This document shows, in pieces, positions 1 to 10,200 of a DNA stretch of 52,239 nt. Position 1 is the first letter of the stretch; each line of letters starts with the position of its first letter. Source of the DNA: Armatimonadota bacterium (GTDB taxonomy: Bacteria > Sysuimicrobiota > Sysuimicrobiia > Sysuimicrobiales > Humicultoraceae); the NCBI GenBank assembly GCA_052386995.1, contig JBQTJP010000243.1, positions 1 through 52,239 of the forward strand, given 5' to 3'. Made by a program: the position numbers and the translations under genes. Below the pieces are notes generated by a model. That model was not told the DNA's origin. It worked only from the letters and a program-made list of their open reading frames with translations, and did not search any database.

Positions 1-165
1 GTCGGTGACGCCGTAGCGCCGCTGCCAGAGGCGCACCAGGTCCGGCAACGCCTGTGGAGCCACGACGGCACGATCGCGCACGCCGTCACGCTCAGCCACG
101 GCGACGCCGCACTTCTCGCGGCCGGGATCGATCGCCAGTACGACGCGCCGCCTCTGGTCGTTCAC
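1..165 (-). CDS. YqgF/RuvX-like RNase H-fold nuclease (5' part only; runs off the window)
   Basis: Not in the ORF track. Manual translation from GTG 165 gives VNDQRRRVVLAIDPGREKCGVAVAERDG..., with the LAIDPGxxxxGxAV RNase H-fold motif. The GTG overlaps the tonB stop (GTGA). Confidence 0.75.
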   Translation of the reverse strand, partial: MNDQRRRVVLAIDPGREKCGVAVAERDGVRDRAVVAPQALPDLVRLWQRRYGVTD

Positions 166-1028
166 GGCCCAACGACAAATGCCACCCAGATCAGCGCCAC
201 GCTGTCGACAGGCTCGCCGTTACGGCGGGCCGGTAGAAACCGCCAATGCCGTGCGGCGTCCAGCGCCGCCTCATCCAGGTCGGCGCGCCCCGAAGACGCC
301 GCGATCTCGACTCGAGCGACGTTGCCGTCGGCCCGAACCACCAGCCGCAGGCGCACCCGGGCCTCGACCGCCTCGAGGCGCGCGGCTGATGCGAGACCTG
401 GCGCATCGACGACCATCCGGTAGGGCTGGGGATGCTTCGGCGGTGTGAGTTCAACCGGCACAGGGGGCGTCAGAACCACCGTCGCTGGCGGAGATGCCGC
501 AGGCGCGGGCATAGGGCCCGGCGGCGGTGGTTCGGACACCGCCGGCTGGGGTGGGGTCTGCCGGCGACGATCGGGATCGAGATCACCCGCTGCCGCAATG
601 GCAGGGGCCGGTGCCGCGGGGCTTCTAGCAGGCGTTTGTGCGCGCGACCCGCTGTCTGACGCCGGTCCTGATGCGAGACGGTCATCCACGGACGCGCGGG
701 ACTCGCGAGGACCCGGCTGCGCGTCCCGCATCAAGCGCTCGCTGGGCCGAGCCGCCGCCGGCCGGCGTCGTTCCACTCCTGCCGGCAGCCGCGCCGTCGC
801 TACCGGCGGCCGACGAAGAGGAGGCAGGATTGCCGCGGGTTGCCCGCTCTCGGCGCTTGTGATCCCGCTCTCGGCGAGAGCAGAGGGCGCGGGCGTGGCG
901 GCGCCGGGCACACCGAGGGCCGTAGCGCGCGGCTCCGGCGGGACGCCGCGGGCAGACCACCAACCGGCCTCCAGTCCGGCAAGGACCGCGGCGGTCAGGA
1001 GCGCCGCAACGGCGGATCGCCGCATCAC
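162..1028 (-). CDS. tonB: Energy transducer TonB family protein
   Basis: N-terminal TM anchor, Pro/Ala-rich linker, and C-terminal TonB_C motifs (VRLRLVVRADGNV, SSGRADLDEAALDAARHWRFLPA). Confidence 0.85.
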   Translation of the reverse strand: MMRRSAVAALLTAAVLAGLEAGWWSARGVPPEPRATALGVPGAATPAPSALAESGITSAESGQPAAILPPLRRPPVATARLPAGVERRRPAAARPSERLMRDAQPGPRESRASVDDRLASGPASDSGSRAQTPARSPAAPAPAIAAAGDLDPDRRRQTPPQPAVSEPPPPGPMPAPAASPPATVVLTPPVPVELTPPKHPQPYRMVVDAPGLASAARLEAVEARVRLRLVVRADGNVARVEIAASSGRADLDEAALDAARHWRFLPARRNGEPVDSVALIWVAFVVGP

Positions 1029-1567
1029 GCAGTTTGCCGCCGGGTGGTCGCGGCGCGATCGTCGCGCAGTGCGGCGACGACCGACTCGACCAGGGCGAAG
1101 CCTCCGAAGAGCGCCGCCGAGTAGAGCGCGTCACCCAGCAGCGTGTTGCGGAAAAACGGTATGGCCGCCACATACGAAGCAACCAGACCCTCCAACGTCT
1201 TCGGATACAGCGACCCCATCGCCCAGACGCCGAAGTTGGTGACGATGAAGAACAGGACCGACCCGGCCAGGGTGGCCCCGGCGATTCGAAAGACAGACTT
1301 TCGCGGGCGCACCCAGAATCCCAGGCAGACTATGAGCGCAAAACACGCGTAGATGATCGGTAGAAGCTGGTGCAGGCCGATGACGAGATCGCTGAGGAAC
1401 ATCGCGGACAGGGGCACCAGAAACGCGAGACGCCTGTCGGCGAATTGGGCGCCTCCGAACAGCGCCATCGCCGCGATGGGCGTGACGTTGGGAGGATGCG
1501 GGATCACTCGTGAGGCGGCTGCCGCCAGAATCACACCGATGAGAACCATCAGCCGTACGCGGAGCAT
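1025..1567 (-). CDS. DUF6580 family putative transporter (ECF S-component-like membrane protein)
   Basis: 180 aa with about 6 hydrophobic segments; SRVIPHPPNVTPIAAMALFGG and FFIVTNFGVW...Y...AIPFFRNTLLGD motifs. Start moved to ATG 1567 behind a GAGGGGG RBS. Confidence 0.75.
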   Translation of the reverse strand: MLRVRLMVLIGVILAAAASRVIPHPPNVTPIAAMALFGGAQFADRRLAFLVPLSAMFLSDLVIGLHQLLPIIYACFALIVCLGFWVRPRKSVFRIAGATLAGSVLFFIVTNFGVWAMGSLYPKTLEGLVASYVAAIPFFRNTLLGDALYSAALFGGFALVESVVAALRDDRAATTRRQTA

Positions 1568-1580
1568 CGCGAGCCCCCTC

Positions 1581-2237
1581 TCAATGGTGCTGGAGGTCAC
1601 AGAAATACCAGGCTTCCCGCTGGACGACGTCGCCGACCCTGAAGCCGACCTCATGATGAAAGCAGGGGCCGCCGAAGACAAACGTATGGAACTCCCCGTT
1701 CTCGCCACACGGGTCGACGGTCGGGGGCAGATCCCGAAGGAATTCGTGGTCGACAATTCTCCCGGCAAACGCCGGGCTCAAAACCCTGCCGTCCACACAT
1801 GTCACCACGGCCCGGTAGCCAAGATCAATGAAGGTCTTGGCCAGCTTCGACGTGTCCCGATGCCAGATCGGAAACAACGCCTCCATGTCGATCCGTGAAA
1901 ACCAGTCTTCGCGATACTTTCTGATGTCGGCGAGGAAGAGATCGCCGAACGCCACGACGGTAACGCCCTGCCGCCGGTGAATTTCAAACGCCTCTTCCAT
2001 GCGGGCCTCGTAGTCCCGATTGGTCGACGAGCTTGGAATGTACACGATGTGGAGCGGAAGCCCGAGCGCGGCCGCCTGGTGCTCCGCGAGGGTTCGACGA
2101 ACTCCGTGCATGCTCACCCGATCGTAGTCTTCGGTGACGGTGGTCATGAGGGCCGCGACGTCGATTCCCTGCCTCCCGAGTTCGACGAGGGTCATGCACG
2201 AATCCTTGCCGCCACTCCACGATAACAGAACGGCCAT
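1581..2237 (-). CDS. MJ0570/Dph6 (diphthine-ammonia ligase)-family PP-loop ATP pyrophosphatase
   Basis: SWSGGKDS PP-loop, RVSMHG, FGDLFL and DPCGENGEFHTFV signatures. Start at ATG 2237, just after the btuB stop. Confidence 0.85.
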   Translation of the reverse strand: MAVLLSWSGGKDSCMTLVELGRQGIDVAALMTTVTEDYDRVSMHGVRRTLAEHQAAALGLPLHIVYIPSSSTNRDYEARMEEAFEIHRRQGVTVVAFGDLFLADIRKYREDWFSRIDMEALFPIWHRDTSKLAKTFIDLGYRAVVTCVDGRVLSPAFAGRIVDHEFLRDLPPTVDPCGENGEFHTFVFGGPCFHHEVGFRVGDVVQREAWYFCDLQHH

Positions 2238-2253
2238 GATGGGCTGTGGTGCC

Positions 2254-4083
2254 TCAGAATCCCCTGGCGAATGAGACAAACACCGTTCGGCCCGGCGACG
2301 GAAATCCTCTGACGGACTCATAGGTCACGTCAAAGATATTATCAACGCCGACCTGCAGCGTTCCAAGGTCCGTCGCCAGCGAGTACCGGACACCCACGAG
2401 GACATGCGCCGGCATCGTGACGCGGGTGGCAGGGAACGTCGAAAAATCGAGGTCGGGACGGGATCCGATGTAATTGGCCAGGAGACTCAGCGTCGAGGAA
2501 TGAGTCAGGGAGAAATGGAGAGACGCGCTGGCGGCGAGCCCAGGCACCCTGATCAGTGGATCGCCCGCCTGGTCCCGTGTGGTCGTGAGTGAGACATTCG
2601 CCAGCACCTGGAGCTTCGGCGTGAGCCACCCCTCGACTTCGAGGGAGCCTCCAACCATCGAGGCGGACTGGATGTTCACCGGCGGACATCCCGACTGGAT
2701 GAGGTCGGTCGCCTGCGTGGCGTAGATGGTTGCACGCCCCACCAGAGCCGGGGAGAGCTGCCGCTCCACGCCGACATCGGCCGACCACGCGCGCTCCGGG
2801 CGGAGATTGGGGTTACTGCATCCAGGAAAGAAAAGGAGAAGAAATGACGGACCGCGGAACGTGCTGCCCAGCGACGCGCGGAGGATCGTCCGATCGTCGG
2901 TCCGGTGGAGGATCCCCAGGCGCGGGTTCAGCTGGCTGCCGTAGACGCTGTGGGTGTCGTAGCGAAGGCCCAGTGAGACGAGCGTCGCCGGCCCCAGCGT
3001 GATGTCATTGACCGCATAGGCCGCGCCCACCCAGGCGTCGCGGCGAATGAGCGTCGTGCCGAACGCGGACGCGGAGACCGAATCGATGCCGTGGCGCTGC
3101 GCTTCGAGGCCCAGCGTCAAGACCTTCGATGGTCCCATCTGCCGGACGAGCTGACTTTCCACGCCGAACGTGTGCGTGTCACTCTGAGAAGTGAAGCCGA
3201 ACTCCGGGTTCGCAAACCTGATCGATTCACCAACCCAATACGCGCGCAAGAGCCCGGAGGAGAGGCCTGCCCCAGAAGTCCGCCATGTCGCATCCACGAT
3301 CGTCCTCCCGGTGCCCTGGCGGGCCAGGGGACTGGGGAAGGCAGTGTCGCCCGGCACGCCCTGCTCGGCCTGAAAGCGTTTGACGCCCACCGTGAAGCTC
3401 GGCGCCGCATCGTCCCCAAACTGGAGGCGCCCGGCGAATGTCTGCCCCGAGTAATCGGCGTTCGTGCGGAAGCCGCCCGAGGCATCGTGAATGGCATCGA
3501 TCGTGATCCGAGTGCGATCGCCCTGCCATCCCCACAACACGCTGGCCGTAGAGGTCCCCAGGCTCGCCACGCCGGTCCGGGCGGTCCGGCTGGGTTTTGA
3601 CCGGGTCACGATGTGGATGACGCCCCCCAGCGCGCCGCTTCCGTAGATGGCGGAGAACGGTCCCCGCAAGACCTCGATGCGCTCGATGTTATCCACCGGG
3701 ATCGTGTTCAGGGTCGCGAGGCCCTGAGCGGGGGAGTTGACGGGCACGCCGTCAATCAGCACGAGGACGTGGGCGGTCGCCGTGCCTCGGATGCTGACCT
3801 CCTGCAGGGAGCCGGGCCCCCCGAAAGCTCGCACAGACACCTCGGGAAGAAAGCGCAGCGCGTCGCCTGCGGTGCGGACTCCCAGGCGCGCAAGATCCGC
3901 GGCGGTCAGCACTGAGATGCTTGCGGGGGTCGCCGTACGGCGCTGCGGTCGCCGGCCCGGCGCGACCACATCGGGCAGTTCAAAGACCGGTGGAGGCGCC
4001 TGTCCAAAAAGCGGTGCGGCAAGCGTCGCGCCGAGGATGACTGCCACGAGAAGAACGATAGTGCAGCGGACGAACCAGACCAT
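2254..4083 (-). CDS. btuB: TonB-dependent receptor, BtuB-like (cobalamin)
   Basis: Signal peptide; plug motifs LVLIDGVP and IERIEVLRGPFSAIYGSGALGGVIHIVT; C-terminal GVDNIFD...GRTVFVSFARGF; 609 aa; directly downstream of a cobalamin riboswitch. Confidence 0.85.
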   Translation of the reverse strand: MVWFVRCTIVLLVAVILGATLAAPLFGQAPPPVFELPDVVAPGRRPQRRTATPASISVLTAADLARLGVRTAGDALRFLPEVSVRAFGGPGSLQEVSIRGTATAHVLVLIDGVPVNSPAQGLATLNTIPVDNIERIEVLRGPFSAIYGSGALGGVIHIVTRSKPSRTARTGVASLGTSTASVLWGWQGDRTRITIDAIHDASGGFRTNADYSGQTFAGRLQFGDDAAPSFTVGVKRFQAEQGVPGDTAFPSPLARQGTGRTIVDATWRTSGAGLSSGLLRAYWVGESIRFANPEFGFTSQSDTHTFGVESQLVRQMGPSKVLTLGLEAQRHGIDSVSASAFGTTLIRRDAWVGAAYAVNDITLGPATLVSLGLRYDTHSVYGSQLNPRLGILHRTDDRTILRASLGSTFRGPSFLLLFFPGCSNPNLRPERAWSADVGVERQLSPALVGRATIYATQATDLIQSGCPPVNIQSASMVGGSLEVEGWLTPKLQVLANVSLTTTRDQAGDPLIRVPGLAASASLHFSLTHSSTLSLLANYIGSRPDLDFSTFPATRVTMPAHVLVGVRYSLATDLGTLQVGVDNIFDVTYESVRGFPSPGRTVFVSFARGF

Positions 4084-4122
4084 CTGCCCACCTCCTCAGC
4101 CTCGAAGGCATGTGGCGTCGGG

Positions 4123-4334
4123 TGCAGGCAGGTCTTCTGGCTTCGGATCATCGCAGGCGGCCGGCCTTCCCGGGGACATTCCCCAGTGGCACTCCCCGCG
4201 GTGGGCACACCCGCAGGGTCCTCCTGCTCTCCGTTACAGCGGCGGGACCGCGCCGGACTCTCTCCGCCAAGCGGCGGAGACCACCGGACTTCCCTATTCT
4301 GACGCGGGGACGGAACGCCCCACGTCCACCTGCA
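4123..4334 (-). promoter_or_regulatory. Cobalamin (AdoCbl) riboswitch
   Basis: Minus strand reads TGCAGGTG...AATAGGGAAGTCCGGTG...AGTCCGGCGCGGTCCCGCCGCTGTAA...GCCACTG...CCGGGAAGG...AAGCCAGAAGACCTGCC (B12 box). Closing helix TGCAGGT/GCCTGCA. Ends ~40 nt upstream of the btuB ATG. Confidence 0.95.
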
Positions 4335-4427
4335 TCGCTGCGATTCGATTGTTCTTCGGATCCGTTCAGGCGGAGAATTCGATGCGGTCGGACCAAGCCC
4401 TGCCGCGGGGCGCGCGAGTCCCACGCT

Positions 4428-7208
4428 TCATTTTGATATCCCCGCCCTGGCTCGGCCCGCCAGCGCCTTCGCCCGCGCATCGGACGGGGCGATCGCGAGC
4501 GCCGCTTCGGCCAGGGCAAGCGCTCGGGCCGCCTGCCCACGCTCGAGCAGCAGCTCACCGAGAGCGACGCGGGCCTCGACCTGCCGGGGATCGAGGGCGA
4601 TCGCGCGAAGGTAGGCGGCTTCCGCCTCGGCCCCCCGTCCCACGCTACGGTACTGGTGGCCCAGGCCGATGGCAAACGCGAGACGCCCTGGAGCCATCAC
4701 GACGCTGCGCTCCATGAACGGAATGCCCATGCGCGGCCGCCACAGCGACGCATGGGCGAATCCGAAAAGGTAGGTTGCGTCGGCGTCCAAAGCACGCGAG
4801 AGTTCGATGCCGGTCATGGTCGGAAATGGGGATCCGCGCATCTTCTCGAGCACTTCTTCGATGGATTTGGCGGTGTCCACGTACAGCCAGCGCGGCGTAG
4901 AGAACTCCAGCACCGGAAAGTCGTCGGTGTGTACCGGAGAGGCGGCGACCATTCGCGCGAGGGCGTCACCGTCCGCCACGTAGGCGGCGAAGAGCGCCAG
5001 CGGGTGCCAGACGCCCAGCGACTTGAGATCCTCGCGTACACCCGGGATCGCGGTGATGCGGCGTGCCAGGCGTGTGTAGTCCCACACCACGGGATCGGCG
5101 GAGCCGATCAGGATCACATTGGCGAACCCGGAACTCCAAATCGCCGCGTGAGGGAAGGTAGCGCGAAACGTGGAGACCAGCAGCGTGAGCGCCGGCGGCG
5201 GCAGGCTGTGGGTATGCACCCATTGCACCATTACGCCGCCGGGACGCAGCCGCGCTCGCGCGGCCTGGTAGAACTCTACGGTAAAGAGCGAGCCGACCCC
5301 GGCGACCCACAGGTCCGAGGCATCGGAGATCACCACATCGTACCGATCCGTGGCGGCCAGCAGCCGGTTGCGCCCGTCGGCGAGCAGCAGGCGCACGCGG
5401 GGATCGTCGATCACCCCGCGATTCTGCCGCTCGAAGAGCCGCGCGGCCTCAACCGCGGCGGGCTCGAATTCGATGAGGTCAATCTTGCGGACGGGATAAC
5501 GGGCGACGGCCGCGGCGGTGACGCCGGTGCCCAGGCCCAAGATGAAGACCTCTCGGGGGTCGGGATGCAGGAGCATCGGCACGTGCCCGAGCAGCAGCTG
5601 CGTGGCCATGTCCGATGGAAACGTGGAGGCATCCGTCTTCCCGTTCGAGCGGTAGACGCGGTGCTCCCCGATCTCGTCAACGGAGATCGTCGTGTTCACT
5701 CCGTCCCGGTGATAGAGCAGCCGCATCTCTGAGATCGCCCTGGTGAGCCCGGCGAGCGAGCCATAGGCCGGAGCGAAATAGCCAGCGCCCGCGGCAAAGA
5801 CCTCGCGCGGCCATGGCGGCAGCGTGACCACGATGAGCAGGGCCGCCAGGCCCGGCGCCCCAAGCACCAGGCGGCCACCCAGCGGGCGCCCGGTGCGCGG
5901 GAGCGCGAGCAGGCTGGCCACGCCGGCCGCGAGATTGGCGAGAACGCCGAGGACAATGGTTGCGCGCAGGCCGACCGCCGGGATCAGCACGAAGCCGGCC
6001 AGAAACGCGCCGAGCACGGTACCCACCGTGTTCGCGGCGTAGGCGCAACCGATCGTCCTCCCCACACGCCGCTCGGTCCCGCCGAGGCTTCCCACGACCG
6101 CCGGGAATGTCGCCCCGGAGAGCAGCGCGGGGACGAGTGCGATTGCGGCGGTCAGGCCGATCTGCACGCCGAGCGTCCATCCGAATGCGTCTTTGAAGAC
6201 AGGAAACAGGCGCATGTAGATGAAGGGCAGATGCGGAGCGATCAGCAACGACGCGGCCGCGGTCAGTCCGATGAGGAGTTCCAGGACCCCGAATGCGACA
6301 ACGTGCCCTTCTGTGGACAGGCGCAGCCGTCCGTACCACCAGCTTCCGATGCCCAACCCTGCGAGCAGCACCACCACGAGTGTCCCAAAAGCATAGACCG
6401 ATGATCCCACCACCAGCGCCATGAGGCGCGCCCATGCCACCTCGTATCCGATAACCGCCAGTCCCGACAACCCCATGCCCTGCAGGATCACCAGCCATCT
6501 GACACGATCGTGCGCATCGAGGACATCTTGATCTCTGGAGGATCCGGGACCGTCGACTGGCGCGGCAATCTGCGAGGACATCTGTTCCGCTCTGCGCCGT
6601 CGTGCATCGATCAGAAGCGCCGCTCCGGCAACGGCCAGATTCCCCACGGCGGCAAGCATCACCGCTCCCCGCAGTCCCACCACGGGCAGCAGCCCGTATG
6701 TGGCCAGCCCTGCGCCGACCGCCGCGCCAATCGTGTTCCAGCCGTAGAGCCGTCCGACTCCGCCGGCGATCTGCCCTGCGGCGGAGGCGCCCCGGGCGAG
6801 CAGCGGCACCGTGCCCCCCATCAGCACCGCCGCGGGCAGCACCGCTATGGCGCCCAGGACAAACTGGAGCCCCACGTACACGCGCGGGAGGTTTTCCACC
6901 GCGGGGTACTCGATCACATAGGCTCGCTCGACAACGCTCAGAATCCAGACGCTGGCCAGGCCGTACGCGCCGGTCGCGGCTTCCACGAGCCCAAAGATCC
7001 ACAGGCCGCGCCCTGGATGACGGTCGGCGACCTGGCCCCACAGCCAGGCGCCTATCGCCAGCCCGCCCAAGAACGCCACGAGCACGGTGCTGGTCGCCAG
7101 CGTCGTGCTGCCGAAGACGAGCACCAGCCGCCGCATCCAGACGACCTGGTAGACCAGCGCGGATGCCCCCGATGCAAGAGCCAGCGCCAGCAGAATGTGA
7201 CGGATCAC
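4428..7208 (-). CDS. Fused MFS-like membrane domain / spermidine synthase-like SAM-dependent transferase with C-terminal TPRs (paralog 1)
   Basis: Duplicated TM halves (SGASALVYQVVW...LYGWNTIGA; GYEVAW...YAANTVG), Rossmann motif VFILGLGTG, IEFEP, DGRNRL, DVVISD, HTDDFPVLEF, and TPR-like helices. Confidence 0.85.
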   Translation of the reverse strand: MIRHILLALALASGASALVYQVVWMRRLVLVFGSTTLATSTVLVAFLGGLAIGAWLWGQVADRHPGRGLWIFGLVEAATGAYGLASVWILSVVERAYVIEYPAVENLPRVYVGLQFVLGAIAVLPAAVLMGGTVPLLARGASAAGQIAGGVGRLYGWNTIGAAVGAGLATYGLLPVVGLRGAVMLAAVGNLAVAGAALLIDARRRRAEQMSSQIAAPVDGPGSSRDQDVLDAHDRVRWLVILQGMGLSGLAVIGYEVAWARLMALVVGSSVYAFGTLVVVLLAGLGIGSWWYGRLRLSTEGHVVAFGVLELLIGLTAAASLLIAPHLPFIYMRLFPVFKDAFGWTLGVQIGLTAAIALVPALLSGATFPAVVGSLGGTERRVGRTIGCAYAANTVGTVLGAFLAGFVLIPAVGLRATIVLGVLANLAAGVASLLALPRTGRPLGGRLVLGAPGLAALLIVVTLPPWPREVFAAGAGYFAPAYGSLAGLTRAISEMRLLYHRDGVNTTISVDEIGEHRVYRSNGKTDASTFPSDMATQLLLGHVPMLLHPDPREVFILGLGTGVTAAAVARYPVRKIDLIEFEPAAVEAARLFERQNRGVIDDPRVRLLLADGRNRLLAATDRYDVVISDASDLWVAGVGSLFTVEFYQAARARLRPGGVMVQWVHTHSLPPPALTLLVSTFRATFPHAAIWSSGFANVILIGSADPVVWDYTRLARRITAIPGVREDLKSLGVWHPLALFAAYVADGDALARMVAASPVHTDDFPVLEFSTPRWLYVDTAKSIEEVLEKMRGSPFPTMTGIELSRALDADATYLFGFAHASLWRPRMGIPFMERSVVMAPGRLAFAIGLGHQYRSVGRGAEAEAAYLRAIALDPRQVEARVALGELLLERGQAARALALAEAALAIAPSDARAKALAGRARAGISK

Positions 7209-10200
7209 TGTGACTGTCTGAGCGCCGCCCTCGCCCGCTCTGCAACGTCGAGAGCCGCGGGCAGGAACGGGTCCAGCGCCAAGGCTCGGCGGGCGGCATC
7301 GAGGGCATCGCCCGCGCGGCCGGCGCGCAACAGGGCTCCGGCGAGCACTGCATACGTCGCCGCGTCTGGGGCGAGCGTCGCGGCGCGGACGAGGGCCTCG
7401 GCCGCAAGATCGGGGCGGTCGGAGGCAAGCCAGGCGTCGGCAAGGACTCGGTGCAGCGGCGCATGCCGCGGATGCCTGGACGCGGCGGGGATCAGGTGCG
7501 CCAGGGCGGCCGATGTCTCTCCGCGCCCGAGCAGCGCTTTGGCCAGCGCCACCCGGGCCTCGACGAAGTCCGGCGCCGCATCCACGGCGCGACGGTAGTA
7601 GTCGAGCGCGGCATCGCCCGCGCCGTCTTCGGCCTGCATGGCGCCAAGGGCGAGCAGCGCCTCGCTCTGCCGCGGGTCCACCCTGACCGCGGCCTGGTAG
7701 GACGCAAGCGCCTCACGCCTGCGCCCTGCCCGCAGATATTGATTGGCCAGCCCGACGTGATGCGCGGCGACGTCAGGGGACGCGCGCACGGCGGCCTCCA
7801 TCGCGTCAATGGCCAGGGCTGCTCGGCCCAGCGACGCGTACCCAAAGCCCAGCAGATATGATGCGCGAGCGTCGATGCGGCGCTGCGCGTCGAACCCGTC
7901 CATCGGCGGCAGCAGCCCACGCCGCACCGCCTCCAGCGCCGCTGAGATGGCCGGCGCCGTGTCATCGAAGATGGTGCGCGGCGCGCTGAATTCGATGACC
8001 GGCCAGTCGTCGCTGAGCGTCCGGCCGACGCCCATGGTGAAGCGGCCCGTGTCCTCCTCGCCCAGCACGAACGCCGCGAACAGCGCGAGGGGATGCCAGA
8101 TGCCGATTGCCCGCAGATCATCCGCCACGCCGGGGATCGCGCTCATGCGGGACTGCACGCGCTCCAGATCCCAGCGCTGCGCGCTCGGCGAGCCGAGCAG
8201 CAATGCGTGCGTGGGCCCGGCCGACCACACCGACGTATGCGGGAAGCTGCGCTGGAAGGTCGCGACGATCAGGCGGAACGACTGCGGGGCCAGGCCGGCC
8301 TTCTGCACCCACTGAACGAACATGCCGTCCGTGTCGAGGCGCGCGCGCGCCGTCTGATAAAACTCGCGTGTGTAGAGCACGGCCGTCCCGGCGACCCACA
8401 GATGCGATGGGATCGAGATGATCACATCGTAACGGTCGGGGGTGGCCTGGAGACGCGCCCGCGCATCGACGGGAAACACGCGCACCCGCCGATCGGAAAG
8501 GACCCGACGATTCTCGAGATCGAAGAGCCGCGCGGCCCGTGGCCCCGAGGGTTCCAGCTCGGCGATGTCGAGGACGTCCACCGGATGACGAGCCACGGCA
8601 CCGGCGGTGATGCCGCTGCCCAGTCCGACGATAAACACGCGGCGCGGCGCGCGATGCCACAGCATCGGGACATGCCCGGGCAGCACCTGCACGAGCATGT
8701 CGGCGGGCAGCGTGCTGGCATTGGTGCGGCCGTTGATGCGCAACACACGGTGGGCCCCGGCCTGCTCGACGGACAGGGTGGCGCTGACGCCGTCCTGATA
8801 GAACAGCAGCCGTCGCGCGGCGGCTTCGGCGCGCAGCCCGGCCACAGAGCCCTGGTGCGCCGCCGCGAGCGCACCCCCGGCCACGAGGGATTCGCGGCGC
8901 CACGCCGGCGTGACCACGAGCGCGATCACGACGGCCGACACGGCGAGCGGCAGTGCGACGCGGCGTACTCGGGAAACCGATCCGGCCCTGACGCTCCGTG
9001 CAAGACCCAGGCCGATCACCGCGGCGAGCAGGTTGGCCATCACGCCCACGATGATCGTTGCCCGCAGCCCGACCGACGGGATCAACACGAACCCGACGAG
9101 GTACGCCCCGAGCACGGTGCCGACCGTGTTCGCGCCATAGACACGCCCGATGGTCCGCCCCAGGCGCTCTGACCCGCCCAGACTCCCGACCACAGCGGGA
9201 AACGTCGCCCCAAACAGCAGCGCCGGCACGAACGCGAGTGCGCCGGCGATGCCGAGGTGTTCGAGGATCTGCAGGCTGAAGGAGTCGCGGACAAGAGGGT
9301 GGAGCCTGACGACGAGCTCAGGCAGCGTAGGCACGATGATGACCGACAGCACCGCCGTGATCGCTATCAACAGTTCGATGATCCCAAACGCGGTGACATG
9401 CCCATCGGGATCCCGCCGCCACCGCCCGTAGAGTGCGCTGCCGATCCCGAGCCCGGCGAGCAGGACCACCACGAGGGCGCCGAACGCGTACACCGACGAC
9501 CCCATCATGAGACCCAAGACCCTGGCCCACGCCACCTCGTACGCCATCGCCGCCAGACCCGAACACCCGAGTGCCTGCAGCACCAGCAAAAGCCTTGCGG
9601 GGTCTGCCTCACTCTCCGATGCGACTCCACCCGAGCGCCCGACGGTGTGGTCCCGGTGCGGCGTTCTGCCGGATCGCCGCCGGTCTGACGCATCCAACAG
9701 CAGCGCCGCGGCCCCAATCGACAAGTTTACGACGGCCGCCAGGATCACGGCGCCCCGCAGGCCGATGGTGGGCAGCAGGCCATACGTTGCGAGCGCGGCC
9801 CCGGCTGCGGCTCCAACCGTATTCCAGCCATACAATGCCCCGGTCGGCCGCGACGGGCTCTCGTGCCCGCGGCCCACCTCCCGAACGAGTAGCGGCACCG
9901 TTCCGCCCATCAGGATCGCGGCGGGCATGATAACGGCAGCGCTCAAGAAGACCTGCGCTCCTACGGCCGCCCCCGACGCGCCTTCGAGGACGGGGGAGAG
10001 TCGCACGTAGACGGCCTGGATCCCTGTGAGGAGCACCATGCTCAACAAGCCGTACGCGCCCGTGGCCGCCTCGACCAGCCCAAAGACTCCCACGCTCCAC
10101 GGCGCGTGCCGGTCGGCGACTCTTCCCCAGAGCCACGCGCCGATCGCCAGACCGCCAAGGAACGCGACCAGCGCCGTGCTCGTCGCCAGCGTCGTGCTCC

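Noticed and set aside
1581..2237. Diphthamide biosynthesis
   Set aside because: Diphthamide is an archaeal/eukaryotic EF-2 modification, no other dph genes are present, and the context is B12 uptake.
5677..7464. 595-aa minus-strand ORF in an alternative frame
   Set aside because: Arg/Gly/Pro-rich off-frame translation overlapping the two MFS/SAM-transferase genes.
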